DNA of 37,037 nt from Devosia sp. (GTDB taxonomy: Bacteria; Pseudomonadota; Alphaproteobacteria; Rhizobiales; Devosiaceae). The translations under genes were made by a program, and so were the position numbers. Position 1 is the stretch's first letter. Every line of letters begins with the position of its first letter. Location of the stretch: assembly GCA_028290225.1 (NCBI GenBank), contig JAQGKH010000310.1, positions 1 to 37,037 of the forward strand. The letters are read 5' to 3'. The notes under the pieces were generated by a model. The model was not told where the DNA came from, did no database searches, and saw only the letters and a list, made by a program, of their open reading frames with translations. Below, piece after piece: positions 36,492 through 37,037 of this stretch.

Positions 36492-37037
36492 TCAAGCGCG
36501 AAGAGTGCTGGCCGCATTGCGGATGGCGGTGATGCGAGCGGCGTAGGTGGCGGCATCGTTGCCGCCATAGATGGAGGAGCCGGCCACGAATACGTTGGCT
36601 CCGGCCTCAGCGACGGCACGAACATTGTCGGCGGTAATGCCGCCATCCACCTCGAGGTCAATGGGGCGCTGGCCGATCAATGCCCGCGCCTGGCGCAGCC
36701 GTGGCAAGGTCGAGGGGATGAAGCTTTGGCCGCCAAAGCCGGGATTGACGCTCATGACGAGGATCAGATCGACATCGTCGATCACCGGTTCGAGCGCCGC
36801 CACGGGCGTGGCCGGGTTGATCGCAACGCCCGCCTTGACGCCCAGGCCGCGGATCGCCTGCAGTGTGCGGTGCAGGTGCGGGCCAGCTTCCGCATGCACC
36901 GTAATGATGTCAGCGCCGGCCGAGGCGAAGGCCGCCAGGTACGGATCAACGGGCGCAATCATCAGGTGAACATCGAAGGGCTTGGTCGTGATGGAGCGTA
37001 TGGAGCCCATGACCGCAGCGCCAAAGGATATATTGGG
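36492..37037 (-). CDS. rpe: Ribulose-phosphate 3-epimerase (5' end beyond window)
   Basis: PNISFG at window edge, DVHLM, TVHAE, MSVNPGFGGQSF, EVDGG, VAGS. Confidence 0.96.
   Translation of the reverse strand, partial: PNISFGAAVMGSIRSITTKPFDVHLMIAPVDPYLAAFASAGADIITVHAEAGPHLHRTLQAIRGLGVKAGVAINPATPVAALEPVIDDVDLILVMSVNPGFGGQSFIPSTLPRLRQARALIGQRPIDLEVDGGITADNVRAVAEAGANVFVAGSSIYGGNDAATYAARITAIRNAASTLRA

Noticed and set aside
1-37037. CRISPR array, tRNA/rRNA, IS/transposase, integrase, prophage or defence genes
   Set aside because: No regularly spaced direct repeats, cloverleaf or relevant protein motifs seen; nearly all sequence is explained by the listed genes.

Overview
GC-rich alphaproteobacterial chromosomal window. 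The gene order purB-purC-purS-purQ-purL-bolA-grxD, a stand-alone rpsD, sbmA/bacA and an ATP synthase zeta-subunit gene suggest Hyphomicrobiales (Devosia-like by impression only). Left to right: a DppABCDF-type ABC importer (minus strand, runs off the left edge); a marR-MFS-HlyD efflux operon; an accessory-looking block (PAS-PAS hybrid histidine kinase, DUF72, small acidic proteins, Abhydrolase_9 membrane protein, exoD); icd; a GFA protein; two tandem RimJ/RimL GNATs; a TrmJ-like methyltransferase; an MFS transporter; rpsD; sbmA/bacA; ttcA; an inositol monophosphatase; two MFS transporters; a Dabb protein; grxD-hypothetical-bolA; the pur cluster interrupted by an acyltransferase and a 27-aa ORF; the zeta subunit; a YdeN-like hydrolase; purB; and partial rpe. 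I saw no CRISPR array, tRNA/rRNA, transposase, integrase or recognisable defence system. The most interesting signals are non-coding or small: (i) EcfG-type general-stress promoter motifs around the kinase/DUF72/small-protein block, with an exact LexA box at the DUF72 start; (ii) SD-sequestering structured leaders before the ABC substrate-binding gene and before rpsD; (iii) a probable ATT start codon; (iv) two ORFs below the ORF-track cutoff; (v) a Cys-bracketed Pro-rich insertion in SbmA/BacA; (vi) a dispersed palindromic repeat family. All motif calls were made by eye and need computational confirmation.
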